A stretch of 64,000 bases of DNA from Myxococcota bacterium (GTDB lineage Bacteria > Myxococcota_A > UBA796 > CAJQPC01). Each line of letters starts with the position of its first letter. Positions within the stretch are counted from its first letter, which is position 1. The stretch is taken from the NCBI GenBank assembly GCA_036012755.1, contig DASCPX010000198.1:29349-93348 (forward strand). Reading direction: 5' to 3'. Position numbers and translations under genes: made by a program. Positions 9,894-19,267 of this stretch are shown in pieces. The notes under the pieces were generated by a model. It was not told the DNA's origin. It searched no databases and saw only the letters and a list, made by a program, of their open reading frames with translations.

Positions 9894-10517
9894 ATGCAGT
9901 ACCGGGACGCTCGCCGCGTGGCGGTGCTCCATCACGCCGCGATGGGCAGCTCCTTGTGGGCGAAGCTCGGCACACGGTTCCTGCGAGAGCTCTACCGTGG
10001 GCTGATCGAGGACGAGCGCTTCCTGGGCTTCGTCTACGAGGAGGACGGCCAGATCGAGGGCTTCATCGCTGGCTCTACGGACGCCAGCGAGATGATGGGC
10101 GCCGTGTTCAAGAAGCGCCTGGTGCCGCTGGGTGTCTCCGCATCCCTTGGCGTCGTTCGCAGACCGAGCGTGGTGCTCAAGCTGCTCCAGACGGCCCAGT
10201 ACTTCGCCGCTTCGGACGACTCTGAGCTCCACATTCCCGCCGAGTCGCTGTTCTGCAGCTTCACGCCGAAGCTCCGGGGCAAGCGGGTCTCGGGCCACAT
10301 CAACAAGGTCCTCTTCGACGACCTCGCCGCCCGCGGCCACAGCCACGTCAAGATCACGACCGAGATCGACAACGAAGGCGCCAACCGCCAGCTCACGAGC
10401 TGGGGCTTCGAGGAGCGCGGGCACTTCACCTTCTACGGAAAGGACATGGTGCTCTACGCCCTGGATCTGGGGGCTTCAGAGCGCGTGACTCCGCGGTTGT
10501 CGCACCCGACGATATAG
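9894..10517 (+). CDS. GNAT-family N-acyltransferase
   Basis: IRPM..D start, GQIEGFIAG, LRGKRVS acyl-CoA loop, NEGAN...WGF. True start may be slightly upstream. Confidence 0.75.
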   Translation: MQYRDARRVAVLHHAAMGSSLWAKLGTRFLRELYRGLIEDERFLGFVYEEDGQIEGFIAGSTDASEMMGAVFKKRLVPLGVSASLGVVRRPSVVLKLLQTAQYFAASDDSELHIPAESLFCSFTPKLRGKRVSGHINKVLFDDLAARGHSHVKITTEIDNEGANRQLTSWGFEERGHFTFYGKDMVLYALDLGASERVTPRLSHPTI

Positions 10518-10524
10518 CCGATAG

Positions 10525-10660
10525 TCCACGATCATCAGCACCAATCTCCACTACCGCGAATTGTACGAGTTCCTCGGCCAGAAGGAGATGGTGGGAGCGT
10601 TGCTGGACGGCCTGCCCCACCGCTGTACGACCCTTCGCATCGACTGGCTGTCGTCGAGGA
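10525..10660 (+). mobile_element. istB: IS21-family istB C-terminal relic
   Basis: STIISTNLHYRELYEFLGQKEMVGALLDGLPHRCTTLRIDWLSSR resembles the IstB C-terminus (STIxTTN...ALLDRLxH...IxGxSxR). No start codon and no istA. Confidence 0.72.
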
Positions 10661-10815
10661 CACAGGTGGACCGAACGAAGCCGACCGAGAGAAGACCGCC
10701 ACGCCGAGGAGGGTGTGGGGGCCTTCTTCGTGCGGGCGTCCGGCGAGATTCGCGGGTTCGAGTGGTCGTTCCCACCTGGCTCTGCTTCGCCAAGTGTGGC
10801 CCGGAGTGGGGAGAT

Positions 10816-11199
10816 CTATCGATCCCTGACCGCGAGACGTGCGTTGATCTCCTTGTAGAACGCTCTTCCGATGATCCAGCCGGTGAACGCCCCGAACCCA
10901 ACTGCACTGAGCCGTGAGGTCGGGTCCACCCAGGAGACTGACCGAAGGTAGGTCACGCCGACGCAAAGGACCATGATCAGCACTGCGCCGAGGATCCCCT
11001 CAGTGCTGCGAGGAGGAGTATCCTCTTTGTCGAAGAACCCCATCTTCCATCCAATGCAGCTACCAAGGCTCATCCAACAGACCACACCGGCGAGGTAGAC
11101 ACTCCGCATCGTGTGTTTCACATCCAGGTATTCACCCAACGCCATGGCGCTGACCGCGAACATACCCAGAAAACACGTGTATTTGAACCTGTTGGTCAT
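10816..11199 (-). CDS. Hypothetical membrane protein with about 4 TM segments
   Basis: 127 aa, four hydrophobic stretches, lower GC, last gene of a tightly spaced 3-gene unit. Confidence 0.65.
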   Translation of the reverse strand: MTNRFKYTCFLGMFAVSAMALGEYLDVKHTMRSVYLAGVVCWMSLGSCIGWKMGFFDKEDTPPRSTEGILGAVLIMVLCVGVTYLRSVSWVDPTSRLSAVGFGAFTGWIIGRAFYKEINARLAVRDR

Positions 11200-11207
11200 C
11201 CGACTTC

Positions 11208-11603
11208 CTACCAGAGGATAGTGGGCCGGCCGCCGCCGCCGGGGTCTTGGTATGGGTTGTCGGCCTCTTCCTTCTCCTCTTCTTCGTCATCCCCGCTGCC
11301 GGCACTATCATCATCATCGTCGTCCTCATCCGGATCTGTGCCGGTATCTGGATTCTCGATGTTCTGGGCGCCGCTGTACTTGTCGGGGTCTATGGCACCG
11401 GTCGCCTCAGGCTCGTCCCCGGCTATCGACCATGCGACCCAGAGCACACCGACAGCGGCGGTGGAAATTGCCACGTAGAGCAGCGTATTCGTGCTCTTGA
11501 GCACGACCGGGCCGTAGACGGACTCGATAGCAAGGAGTTTGGCCTCGGCCAGCGCATCTCCTCCCGAGTCGGAGTCGGCGTACTCGCTGTTCGAGAAGGT
11601 CAT
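11208..11603 (-). CDS. Hypothetical protein, one TM plus very acidic tail
   Basis: TM LLYVAISTAAVGVLWVAWSI followed by DPDEDDDDDDSAGSGDDEEEEKEE. Has RBS ggag. Confidence 0.65.
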   Translation of the reverse strand: MTFSNSEYADSDSGGDALAEAKLLAIESVYGPVVLKSTNTLLYVAISTAAVGVLWVAWSIAGDEPEATGAIDPDKYSGAQNIENPDTGTDPDEDDDDDDSAGSGDDEEEEKEEADNPYQDPGGGGRPTILW

Positions 11604-11604
11604 G

Positions 11605-11991
11605 TCAGCTCACTCCGGAAACGGTGAGGGACACCTGGCCTCGGTTCATGCCGGTTCCAGTTGTCGCCTTGTTGCGGGTGCCGGCGCCGAACCGGACCCA
11701 GAACTTCGAGCCAAGGGCATTGAACAGGTCCACCCGGCCCGAGCAGTTCGAACCTTCTTGGCCCAGATAGGAACCCATGGCCGTCCAGTCATCCGGAGTC
11801 TTGGGATCCGTTGTCGCGGTCTGGAAACCTGCCGTCACCTCGAAGTCGGTGGTGGGGTCGACCAGCGTCAGAAGGGTCTTCGGGTCCCTGATCGAGATCG
11901 CCGGAATCCACCGGGTGAAGCTCGTGTAGTTGACGGTCTCAGATCCGCAGACGAGTGTCTTGGTCTTCTTGGGCATCAGGATCGTTGACAT
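11605..11991 (-). CDS. Hypothetical Thr/Gly-rich, probably beta-rich protein
   Basis: 128 aa with RBS (gggagagga) before ATG. Stop is 1 nt before the next start. Confidence 0.65.
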   Translation of the reverse strand: MSTILMPKKTKTLVCGSETVNYTSFTRWIPAISIRDPKTLLTLVDPTTDFEVTAGFQTATTDPKTPDDWTAMGSYLGQEGSNCSGRVDLFNALGSKFWVRFGAGTRNKATTGTGMNRGQVSLTVSGVS

Positions 11992-12469
11992 TCCTCTCCC
12001 TTCACGTTTGTGAGCCTCATGGCTCGCGTTGAATCTACCGGCATCGCTGGAGGAGCGCCATTACGAACAATTATAGGAGTGATTACCATAGTTAGGGCCC
12101 GTGACGAAACAACCGCTTTGATGTTCTGCGCCATGCCACTGGAGTTCGGGCATGGCGGCGATGCGGCGGTCCAGCGGGTGTCAAGCGCCACGGAGGGTGG
12201 AAGGAGCGACCGTCCGCCTGGCTCGAGCAATATCAAGGACATGCCAAGACGGTTCCTGTTGGTTTGACAGTTTTCGGACCCTCGAAGTGACCTCATCGGA
12301 GACCGCTGCCAGGAGGGGTCTCGACGGCCCTCAGAGACCTCTGGTCAGCCGCGATCGCGCCTTTCGTCGAGCGAGGTCGTCCGGTGTCGAGAACGGAGCT
12401 CCAGGGACACCCTGCGAAGGCCAAAACCCGTGCGGTGATAGGACCTTGCACAAACAACAGGGGGAACCC

Positions 12470-13282
12470 ATGGTCGCTTGTCCCGATCCCATCCTCGCGC
12501 TCCACGAAGAGATCTGCGAGGCCGTCCGAAACCACCGAAACTCCGAACACAGACTCGCCCAGCTGTTGGCGACCCTGGAGGACGAGAAGGGCTGGCTGCT
12601 GTTTGGTCACGCCAGCCTCTGCGAGTACGCGAGGGTGCGCCACCAGATCGAGCCGCGCAAGGCCCGGTCACTCGCTCAGCTCGGCCACGCGCTGTCCGAT
12701 CTCCCGGTCCTCGACGCGGCGATGGCCGAGGGGACCCTGCCGTGGACCAAGGCCCGGGAGCTCTTGCGCGTGGTCGTTCCCGAGACCCAGCAGACCTGGT
12801 TGGAGCGCGCCCAGAAGTGCCCGAGTCGGGACCTCGGGGCGCTGGTCGGCGCGGAGGCCTCGGAGACCATCTGCGAGGAGGCCTGCTGCGACGCGGAGGT
12901 GGTCGACCTGCGGCCAGGCCCCGAGCAGGGTCACCTCAGCCGCACCGTCGCTCCGGCCACTCGCCGCGCGGTGGTCCACCGGGACAGGCGGACCTGCCGG
13001 GTGCCGGGTTGCAACAACCGACTCTACGGGGCGGTCCACCACATCGTCTCCAGGCTTCGCGGCGGCGGGCACGGCACCGGGAACCTCGTGCTGCTCTGCA
13101 CCTGCCACCACCGACAACTCCACGAGGGTCGGCTCGCCATCGAGGGTGACGCAGACGGGGTCCTTCGCATCGAACACCCCGACGGTCGCGTGGCCCACGT
13201 GGGCAGGGGCGGAGAGGTCGAAGAAGGTCGGCTGGGTGCTCTGGAACGAGGGCCGCGGAGCGTCTACCCGCCGCCCGAGTAG
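12470..13282 (+). CDS. DUF222-like/HNH endonuclease
   Basis: N-terminal GWLLFGHASLCEYAR...LPWTKARELLRV. C-terminal RDRRTCRVPGC...VHHI...GGG...NLVLLCTCHHRQLH. The middle looks short, possibly internally deleted. Confidence 0.85.
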   Translation: MVACPDPILALHEEICEAVRNHRNSEHRLAQLLATLEDEKGWLLFGHASLCEYARVRHQIEPRKARSLAQLGHALSDLPVLDAAMAEGTLPWTKARELLRVVVPETQQTWLERAQKCPSRDLGALVGAEASETICEEACCDAEVVDLRPGPEQGHLSRTVAPATRRAVVHRDRRTCRVPGCNNRLYGAVHHIVSRLRGGGHGTGNLVLLCTCHHRQLHEGRLAIEGDADGVLRIEHPDGRVAHVGRGGEVEEGRLGALERGPRSVYPPPE

Positions 13283-13497
13283 ATGTAGACGGCGCCTGGC
13301 CCCTTGTCGTTGGTCGAGGTGTCGAACTCGAAGCCCGGGGAGCCGATGGCGATGTCGAGCACACCGTCACCGGTGAGGTCGTCGCCGCCATGCACGGTCC
13401 AGCCAAAGAGGCTGCCGGGGTGCTCGCAGCCGTCGGTCTCGCAGGAGGAGAAGGGCTCGACCTCGAGACGTGGGAGCTCAGTGCCCTGGTAGGTCAC
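13264..13497 (-). pseudogene. FG-GAP (integrin-alpha-like) repeat fragment
   Basis: LFGWTVHGGDDLTGDGVLDIAIGSPG...GAVYIYSG is one FG-GAP blade, with no signal peptide or further repeats. Confidence 0.65.
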
Positions 13498-13597
13498 GGA
13501 GCGCTTGCGCCGAGGATCAAGAGGAATCCGCGGACGATCGGCGGGTCTCGGCCCAGGAGACAGGGCACCAGACCAGCCTCGTACCCCGCTCAGCCTG

Positions 13598-14806
13598 CTA
13601 CAGCGGCTCCACGATCTGATAGGCGAAGACAGCGTAGTCCTCGCCCAGGGCGGAGGGTGTCATCGACCCGGTGGAGTCGACCAGGGCGACCCGGAAGCCC
13701 CCGTGGGCCGTGTCCACGCTGGCCCAGGAGCCGTAGCCGTAGGTGCCCGCGCTGGTCGTGACCATCTGGGTCTCGGTGCAGGCGGTCGGGGCGTCGCCGG
13801 GACCCCAGACATCGACGAGCACGACGTCCAGCGGCATCGCGGCGAGTCCGTAGGGGGCCACGAAGACCAGGCTGTCCTCTCCGACGTTGTCGTTGAAGAC
13901 GCAGTGGGCGTAGACCGACTCCTCCTCGACCCAGGACCAGGTCATCAGCCGCCTGACGCCAAGGGACTCGCTGGCCAGCGTGAAGGCCCCGACGCCCTGG
14001 TGCTCGTCCACGCTGGTCTCGACCCTCAGGTCCTCGAGGTGGAGCACCCCCCCGCGCAGGTACAGCGGGTAGCTCGTGCTGCAGTCCCGGCCGAGGTCCT
14101 CGCAGTAGGAGGCCTCGTCGCCCGTGTAGATCGCCAGGCCCGTGGCGCCCTTCGAGAGATCGATGCGGATGTTGTCGCCGGCGTTGGCGCTGCCGTCGAT
14201 GCGGATGGCCTGGTGGGAACCGTGTGGCTCGAGGTGGATGCCGCTGGGCGCGATGAGCTGGCCGTAGTCGGTGACCGTGGAGAGCTGGCCGAAGGAGACC
14301 AGGTACATGCCCGAGGTGTGGGTGTGGTAGCGGCGGATCGCGGCGTTGCGGAGGCCGTCGGCAGACCAGTCGTTGTCGGTGATGCGAGGCCCGTTGACGT
14401 ACATCTTGATGCCGCCGGTGGCGTTGCAGTCGGCGAAGGCGAAGCCCTCTTCGCACTCGGTGGTCTCGTGGTAGAGCTCGATGAGCTCGGTCGCCGGGAA
14501 CTCCCCGGGCGGGTCGTTGCGGTTGTCGCCCACCCACTCGCTGTCGTTGAACCACCAGTAGCCGTTGTCGGTGCTGCTCCAGAGAGACTGGATGTTGGGC
14601 TCGTCGTTCGCCCAGGGGTCCTCGTTCTGCACCGCAGCGACTGCCTCGGCGTCCTCGTAACGCTCGTGGCCCTCCACGCTCCCGAGCTCTTCCTGCAGCG
14701 CGGCCACCTCCTCGCGCAGGTCTTCGAGCTCGACCTGGAGGGCCTCGATGTCCTCTGGAGTGGCAGCGGGCGTGGGTTCGTCGGTGCAGGCGAGCAGGAG
14801 CCACAT
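13598..14806 (-). CDS. Hypothetical lipoprotein-like protein with N-terminal coiled coil
   Basis: Start MWLLLAC, then IEALQVELEDLREEVAALQEEL, then an acidic beta-rich body with coding-like codon usage. Confidence 0.75.
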   Translation of the reverse strand: MWLLLACTDEPTPAATPEDIEALQVELEDLREEVAALQEELGSVEGHERYEDAEAVAAVQNEDPWANDEPNIQSLWSSTDNGYWWFNDSEWVGDNRNDPPGEFPATELIELYHETTECEEGFAFADCNATGGIKMYVNGPRITDNDWSADGLRNAAIRRYHTHTSGMYLVSFGQLSTVTDYGQLIAPSGIHLEPHGSHQAIRIDGSANAGDNIRIDLSKGATGLAIYTGDEASYCEDLGRDCSTSYPLYLRGGVLHLEDLRVETSVDEHQGVGAFTLASESLGVRRLMTWSWVEEESVYAHCVFNDNVGEDSLVFVAPYGLAAMPLDVVLVDVWGPGDAPTACTETQMVTTSAGTYGYGSWASVDTAHGGFRVALVDSTGSMTPSALGEDYAVFAYQIVEPL

Positions 14807-14826
14807 GGCCCCACCATACAGCGCCC

Positions 14827-15700
14827 CTAGACGGCGAGGTCCACGCTGTGTTCGGACAGGGGCAGGCCCCCGATGAGGCCGTGGGCGAGCAGCAGCTGGC
14901 GGAAGGCCTCTGGGGAGTCTGCGCGGCGGCCGCCGGGTGGGGGTGGCACCTTCTTCGCGCGGTTCAGGGCGAGGTTCGCGGCTCGGATCTGCGAGGCGAG
15001 AGCTGCCAGGATCGACTCCTTCCAGAGGGTGCCCGAGTCCCCCCGTGGGCTCCGGAAGGCCTTGCTCGAGATGCGGTATGCCCAGGTCGGGCCCCCGGCG
15101 ACGCAGCTGGCGGAGCGCGTGCCGGGCTCGATCAGGGTGTTGATGCCGAAGGTGTCCCCAGCGAGCAGGACCGCGAGCCGCTGGGCCTTGTCCCCCCGCA
15201 CGTTGCGGATGACCTCGATCTCGCCATCGGCGACCAGGTAGGCGCTGTCTCCTCGCTCTCCTTCGAGGAACACGACCTCGCCCTCCTGGTGGGCGACGGG
15301 CTCCCATCCCGCGGCGATCTTCTCCAGCTGGTGGTCTTCGAGGAGCTTCAGCCCCGGCTGCTTCTTCAGCAAGGGGATGAGCGGTGGGCAGGCGCCCCTT
15401 GGCTTTCCGGGCACCAGCTTGCGCCACATCTTCTGGGTGAAGCTAGCCTCTCGCTTGGGGCGATCGAGGGCCCCAGCGCCGACCTTGGCGATGCTGAGGT
15501 CCACGCTCCGGATGCGGCGAGACAGGGTCAACAGGGCCTGCTCGAGCAGCGCCTTGTAGACGGGGTTGCGTTCTACGCGCAGCTTCTTGAGCCCCTCCAC
15601 GGGCAGCGAAACGGTCTTCGCGAAGAACTTGGCCTTCACCGTCGCCGTCCGGTGAGAGCCACGGGACCTGGCACAACAGCTCGGTGATCTCAGTGGACAT
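14827..15700 (-). pseudogene. Tandem cyclic-nucleotide-binding domain protein, first domain largely deleted
   Basis: MSTEITELLCQVPWLS jumps out of frame near 15652 to RTATVKA (end of the first phosphate-binding cassette). Second domain intact: GEVVFLEGERGDSAYLVADGEIEV...GDTFG...RSAS. Confidence 0.78.
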
Positions 15701-15721
15701 GAGCGAACTCTAAAGCAAACC

Positions 15722-17431
15722 GTGATCGGGGCCGAAGAGCGTCCGATGGCACTGCCGACCGGTCTCAGACCCCGCAGCAAGAGCGAGCGCCTGGCGCTGG
15801 CCAAGGTCCTGCGGGGCAACGCGTCCCGGGTGGAGGTCCATCCCAACGACGACGGGTGGCAGGCTCTCCACGTTCGGATCGCGGGCAAGGTCCCTGTCTG
15901 GACCGGTGGCGATCCGGCGCGTGCGAACGCGCTCCTGTCGCGCTTCGGCTTCCCGCCGGTCGGAAACGAGCAGGTGCTGTCGGCCGCCGAGGGGCCTCTG
16001 GTCAGCATCGTCATCTGCACCTACAACCGCTACGGCATGCTCACAGAGGCCATCGCCTCGGCCCTGATGCAGTCCTGGCCCTGCGAGGTCATCGTCGTCG
16101 ACGACGGCAGCACCGACGGGACCTGGGAGCTGCTCCAGTGCGTCCACGGGATTCGGTGCGTGCGCCTGCCCGAGAACAGGGGAAAGCCCACCGCACTCGA
16201 CGCGGGAGTGGCCATCGCCAACGGGAAGTACCTCCTGGTCTTCGACGATGACGACCTGCTCTTGCCGGGCTCGGTCCAGGTCCTGGCCACGGCGCTGCAA
16301 GAGAACCCATCGCTGGTCGGAGTCTTCGGCGACGCCCTGCGCTTTCGGAGCGGCGACGTCTTCGAGTGGCGGGCCGCCAGCAGGCTGCCCTCCGATGTCC
16401 TCGGGCGCAGCCTGTTGAACCAGGTCCCGGGGCTCACCGGCGCCTTCCTCTGCCGAACCGAGGCATGGCGACAGGCCGGACGCGTCGATCCACGCCTCGT
16501 CCGCGGCGAGGACATGGACATGTGGCTGCGGCTCTCTCAAGTCGGCGAGCTCGCCAGCCTGCCGCTGGCGACCTTCGTCCACCGGGTCCACGACGGCATG
16601 CGCGGCTCCTCCTCCGCTCGCTGGAAGGTCTCTGACGTCCAGACCCACATCTCCCAGACCCTGGGCTACATCGCCCCCGTGTTCGCCGAGCGCTGGCGCC
16701 AGTTCTCGCCCCAGGCCAGCCGCGCCGAGGGCCACGCATGGGCGCTCGGTCTCTGGCAGCGAGGACTCCGCGACGAGGCCCGCCGCGAGCTCTCGCGCTG
16801 GAAGGGACCGCACGCCGTCGACGAGCGTTGGGTCCGCGAGCAGTGTGGTCTGCCGAGCACCGTCCAGGCCACCCGCGGAGCGGTCGTCGTGGTCGACGAG
16901 GGAGACCCCGGAGCGCTCCCGCTGTGCCTCTCGAAGCAGGACCCGACCTTCGAGCGCCTCGTCGCCCTCGAAGTCCCCTGCGATCCGATCGGAGAGGTCC
17001 AGCTCCACTGGCCGGGCACCTACGCCCGGAACGTCGATCTCTGTTCGTTGCTGAGCGAGCACCCCGGTCCATGGCATCTCAGGCTGGCCAGCGCTCCCGA
17101 CTGGTCGCCGCCCCCGCTGGAGCACATCTGTTGGCTGCCGCCCTTGGCGCCGATGGACGCGGTGCTCGCGTGCGCCGCTGCGCTCGGATGGCCGCAACCT
17201 GCCAGGCTACGCCTGGGTCTCCGCACCGAGATCGACCCCCGCGCTCGCGCCGCGATCGCAGCCCGCAGTTTCTTGGATGCCGGCGACGCCGGGCGCGCTC
17301 TGCACCTCGTCTCGCGGCTCCTCGAAGCCTTGCCGAGCTGGGAGGGTGGCTGGTCGCTGGCCGCCGAGTGCTTCGATGCCGTCGGCGCCTCCGCCGAAGC
17401 GCAGTCCTGCAGGGCCCGCCTGACCGGCTGA
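15722..17431 (+). CDS. Glycosyltransferase family 2 with C-terminal extension
   Basis: LVSIVICTYNR, EVIVVDDGSTDGT, FDDDD, GEDMDMWLRL. Helical TPR-like tail. Confidence 0.88.
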   Translation: MIGAEERPMALPTGLRPRSKSERLALAKVLRGNASRVEVHPNDDGWQALHVRIAGKVPVWTGGDPARANALLSRFGFPPVGNEQVLSAAEGPLVSIVICTYNRYGMLTEAIASALMQSWPCEVIVVDDGSTDGTWELLQCVHGIRCVRLPENRGKPTALDAGVAIANGKYLLVFDDDDLLLPGSVQVLATALQENPSLVGVFGDALRFRSGDVFEWRAASRLPSDVLGRSLLNQVPGLTGAFLCRTEAWRQAGRVDPRLVRGEDMDMWLRLSQVGELASLPLATFVHRVHDGMRGSSSARWKVSDVQTHISQTLGYIAPVFAERWRQFSPQASRAEGHAWALGLWQRGLRDEARRELSRWKGPHAVDERWVREQCGLPSTVQATRGAVVVVDEGDPGALPLCLSKQDPTFERLVALEVPCDPIGEVQLHWPGTYARNVDLCSLLSEHPGPWHLRLASAPDWSPPPLEHICWLPPLAPMDAVLACAAALGWPQPARLRLGLRTEIDPRARAAIAARSFLDAGDAGRALHLVSRLLEALPSWEGGWSLAAECFDAVGASAEAQSCRARLTG

Positions 17432-17483
17432 AAGGATAGGGACCTCCGTCGCGTATTGTTCGCGTCCGTCAGGGAGGTTCTTC

Positions 17484-18437
17484 TTGGAGATGCGTCACGC
17501 CTTCGATCCCGGTCGCGCGGTCCGCCACGGCTGGGAAGCGATGAAACTGGCTCCGGCGCCGCTGTTCGTCGGGGCGCTGATCATGAACTTCACCCAGGGC
17601 GGAGGCGGGAGCTTCAACAACGTCGGGAACTTCGGCGACCAGGGCGGGAACGACTGGGACAACGGGGGCTACGACTACGACTGGGGCAGCGACTGGGACT
17701 ACCGCATCGACTCGGCGCTCAGCGCCAGCAGCGGCATGCTCCAGAACTTCACGGGCTCCTCCGACTTCGACGATCCGGCGCTGATCGTGGGCATGCTCAT
17801 CGGAGCCGTGTGCTTCTTCATCATCATCGTCGCCTTCTTTGTCGGCGGTTGCTGGGTGAAGGTCGGCTGGATCCGCCTCCACGAGCAGGTGATCACCGAC
17901 GGCGCGGGCACCTTCGGCACGCTCTTCGGGGGCAAGGACCGCATCATCGACATGGTGCTGTTCTCGTTGCTCAAGTTCTGCATCGTGATGGCGACCATGC
18001 TCGTCGCCTTCTTTCCGGGGGGCCTCGTCCTTGGCGTCGGCATCGGCCTCGAGGAGGAGGCGCTGATGCTCATCGGTGGCCTCCTGATGTTCTTCATCGG
18101 CCTGCCGGTCATGTGGTACGTGGGCTACGGCCTCTACCTGGGCGACCACGCCCTGGTGCTGGAAGGTCGCTCTCCCATGGACGCCCTCGACCGCACCTGG
18201 ACCCTGGCAAAGGGCAACCGCCTCCGCCTCTTCCTCTTCAACTTCGTGCTCCAGTTGGTCGCCGTCTGCGCCACGCTCGTCGGCTTGTGCCTCTGCATCG
18301 TCGGCGTCATCGCGACGGCCCCCACGGCTCGCGCGGTCATCGACGTCGGCCTCACCGAGTCCTTCCTGATGCACACCCGCGGCGAGGAGCAGGCCAAGAC
18401 CTGGAAGCTCGTCGAGATCGGCGGGGGTCTCTACTGA
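17484..18437 (+). CDS. Hypothetical integral membrane protein
   Basis: Multiple TM segments, PMDALDRTWTLAKGNRLRLF motif typical of DUF975-like proteins, RBS gggagg. Confidence 0.75.
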   Translation: MEMRHAFDPGRAVRHGWEAMKLAPAPLFVGALIMNFTQGGGGSFNNVGNFGDQGGNDWDNGGYDYDWGSDWDYRIDSALSASSGMLQNFTGSSDFDDPALIVGMLIGAVCFFIIIVAFFVGGCWVKVGWIRLHEQVITDGAGTFGTLFGGKDRIIDMVLFSLLKFCIVMATMLVAFFPGGLVLGVGIGLEEEALMLIGGLLMFFIGLPVMWYVGYGLYLGDHALVLEGRSPMDALDRTWTLAKGNRLRLFLFNFVLQLVAVCATLVGLCLCIVGVIATAPTARAVIDVGLTESFLMHTRGEEQAKTWKLVEIGGGLY

Positions 18438-19267
18438 CCGGCCATCCAGGTCCAGGTCGGTAGGAAGTCCCGGATCAGGGCCTCGCCGAAGAAGAGGTAG
18501 ACGACGCCGGTGATGGCGAGGAAGGGACCGAAGGGGACCTGGGTCTTGAGGCCCGAGCCTCGCTTGAGCATGAGCAGCAGGCCGATGACGCTGCCGATGA
18601 TGCAGGCACCGATCAGGATGAAGGGGACCGCCGGGATGGCGCCGAGGAAGGCCCCCATCATCGCCAGCAGCTTCACGTCGCCGAAGCCCATGGCCTCGAC
18701 CCGCCGCACGAGCCACCAGGCGCCGATGGTGACGAGGAGGACGCCCCCGCCTGCCAGGGCCCCGACCAGCGAGGCCTGCCAGGTGATGGCGTGCTGGCCG
18801 TCGTAGCCCAGCCACTGGAGCCCGACGACGCCTAGGAAGCCGAAGGGGATCGCGAAGATCGTGAACTGGTCCGGGATGATGTAGTGGCGAAGGTCGATGT
18901 ACGTGGACCCGACCAGCATGAACACGAAGACCAGGTAGAAGGCCCAGGCTGCCAGCGCCGGCAAGCTGTAGACAGGCACGATCTCCCGGAACAGCAAGAG
19001 CGCGAGCAGGCCCATCAGGACCTCGATGATCGGGTACAGCGGCGAGATGCGGGACCCACAGCCGCTGCAGCGGGCGCGCAGGAAGACCCACGAGAGCACC
19101 GGGATGTTCTCGTACCAGCGAATGCGGTGACCGCAGGCGGGGCAGTGGCTGGGAGGCCGGGACACCGAGCGGTCCTCTGGCATGCGGGCGATGCAGACGT
19201 TCAGGAAGCTGCCCAGAGCCAGCCCGACGACCGTCGCCCAGACCTGGAGGATGACCTCGAGCGTCAA
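18431..19267 (-). CDS. pilD: Prepilin peptidase/N-methyltransferase
   Basis: GSFLNVCIARMP, SHCPAC...WYENIPVLSW...CSGC, YIDLRHYIIPD, MGFGDVKL, PFGPFL. TTG start overlaps the upstream stop. Confidence 0.95.
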   Translation of the reverse strand: MTLEVILQVWATVVGLALGSFLNVCIARMPEDRSVSRPPSHCPACGHRIRWYENIPVLSWVFLRARCSGCGSRISPLYPIIEVLMGLLALLLFREIVPVYSLPALAAWAFYLVFVFMLVGSTYIDLRHYIIPDQFTIFAIPFGFLGVVGLQWLGYDGQHAITWQASLVGALAGGGVLLVTIGAWWLVRRVEAMGFGDVKLLAMMGAFLGAIPAVPFILIGACIIGSVIGLLLMLKRGSGLKTQVPFGPFLAITGVVYLFFGEALIRDFLPTWTWMAGQ

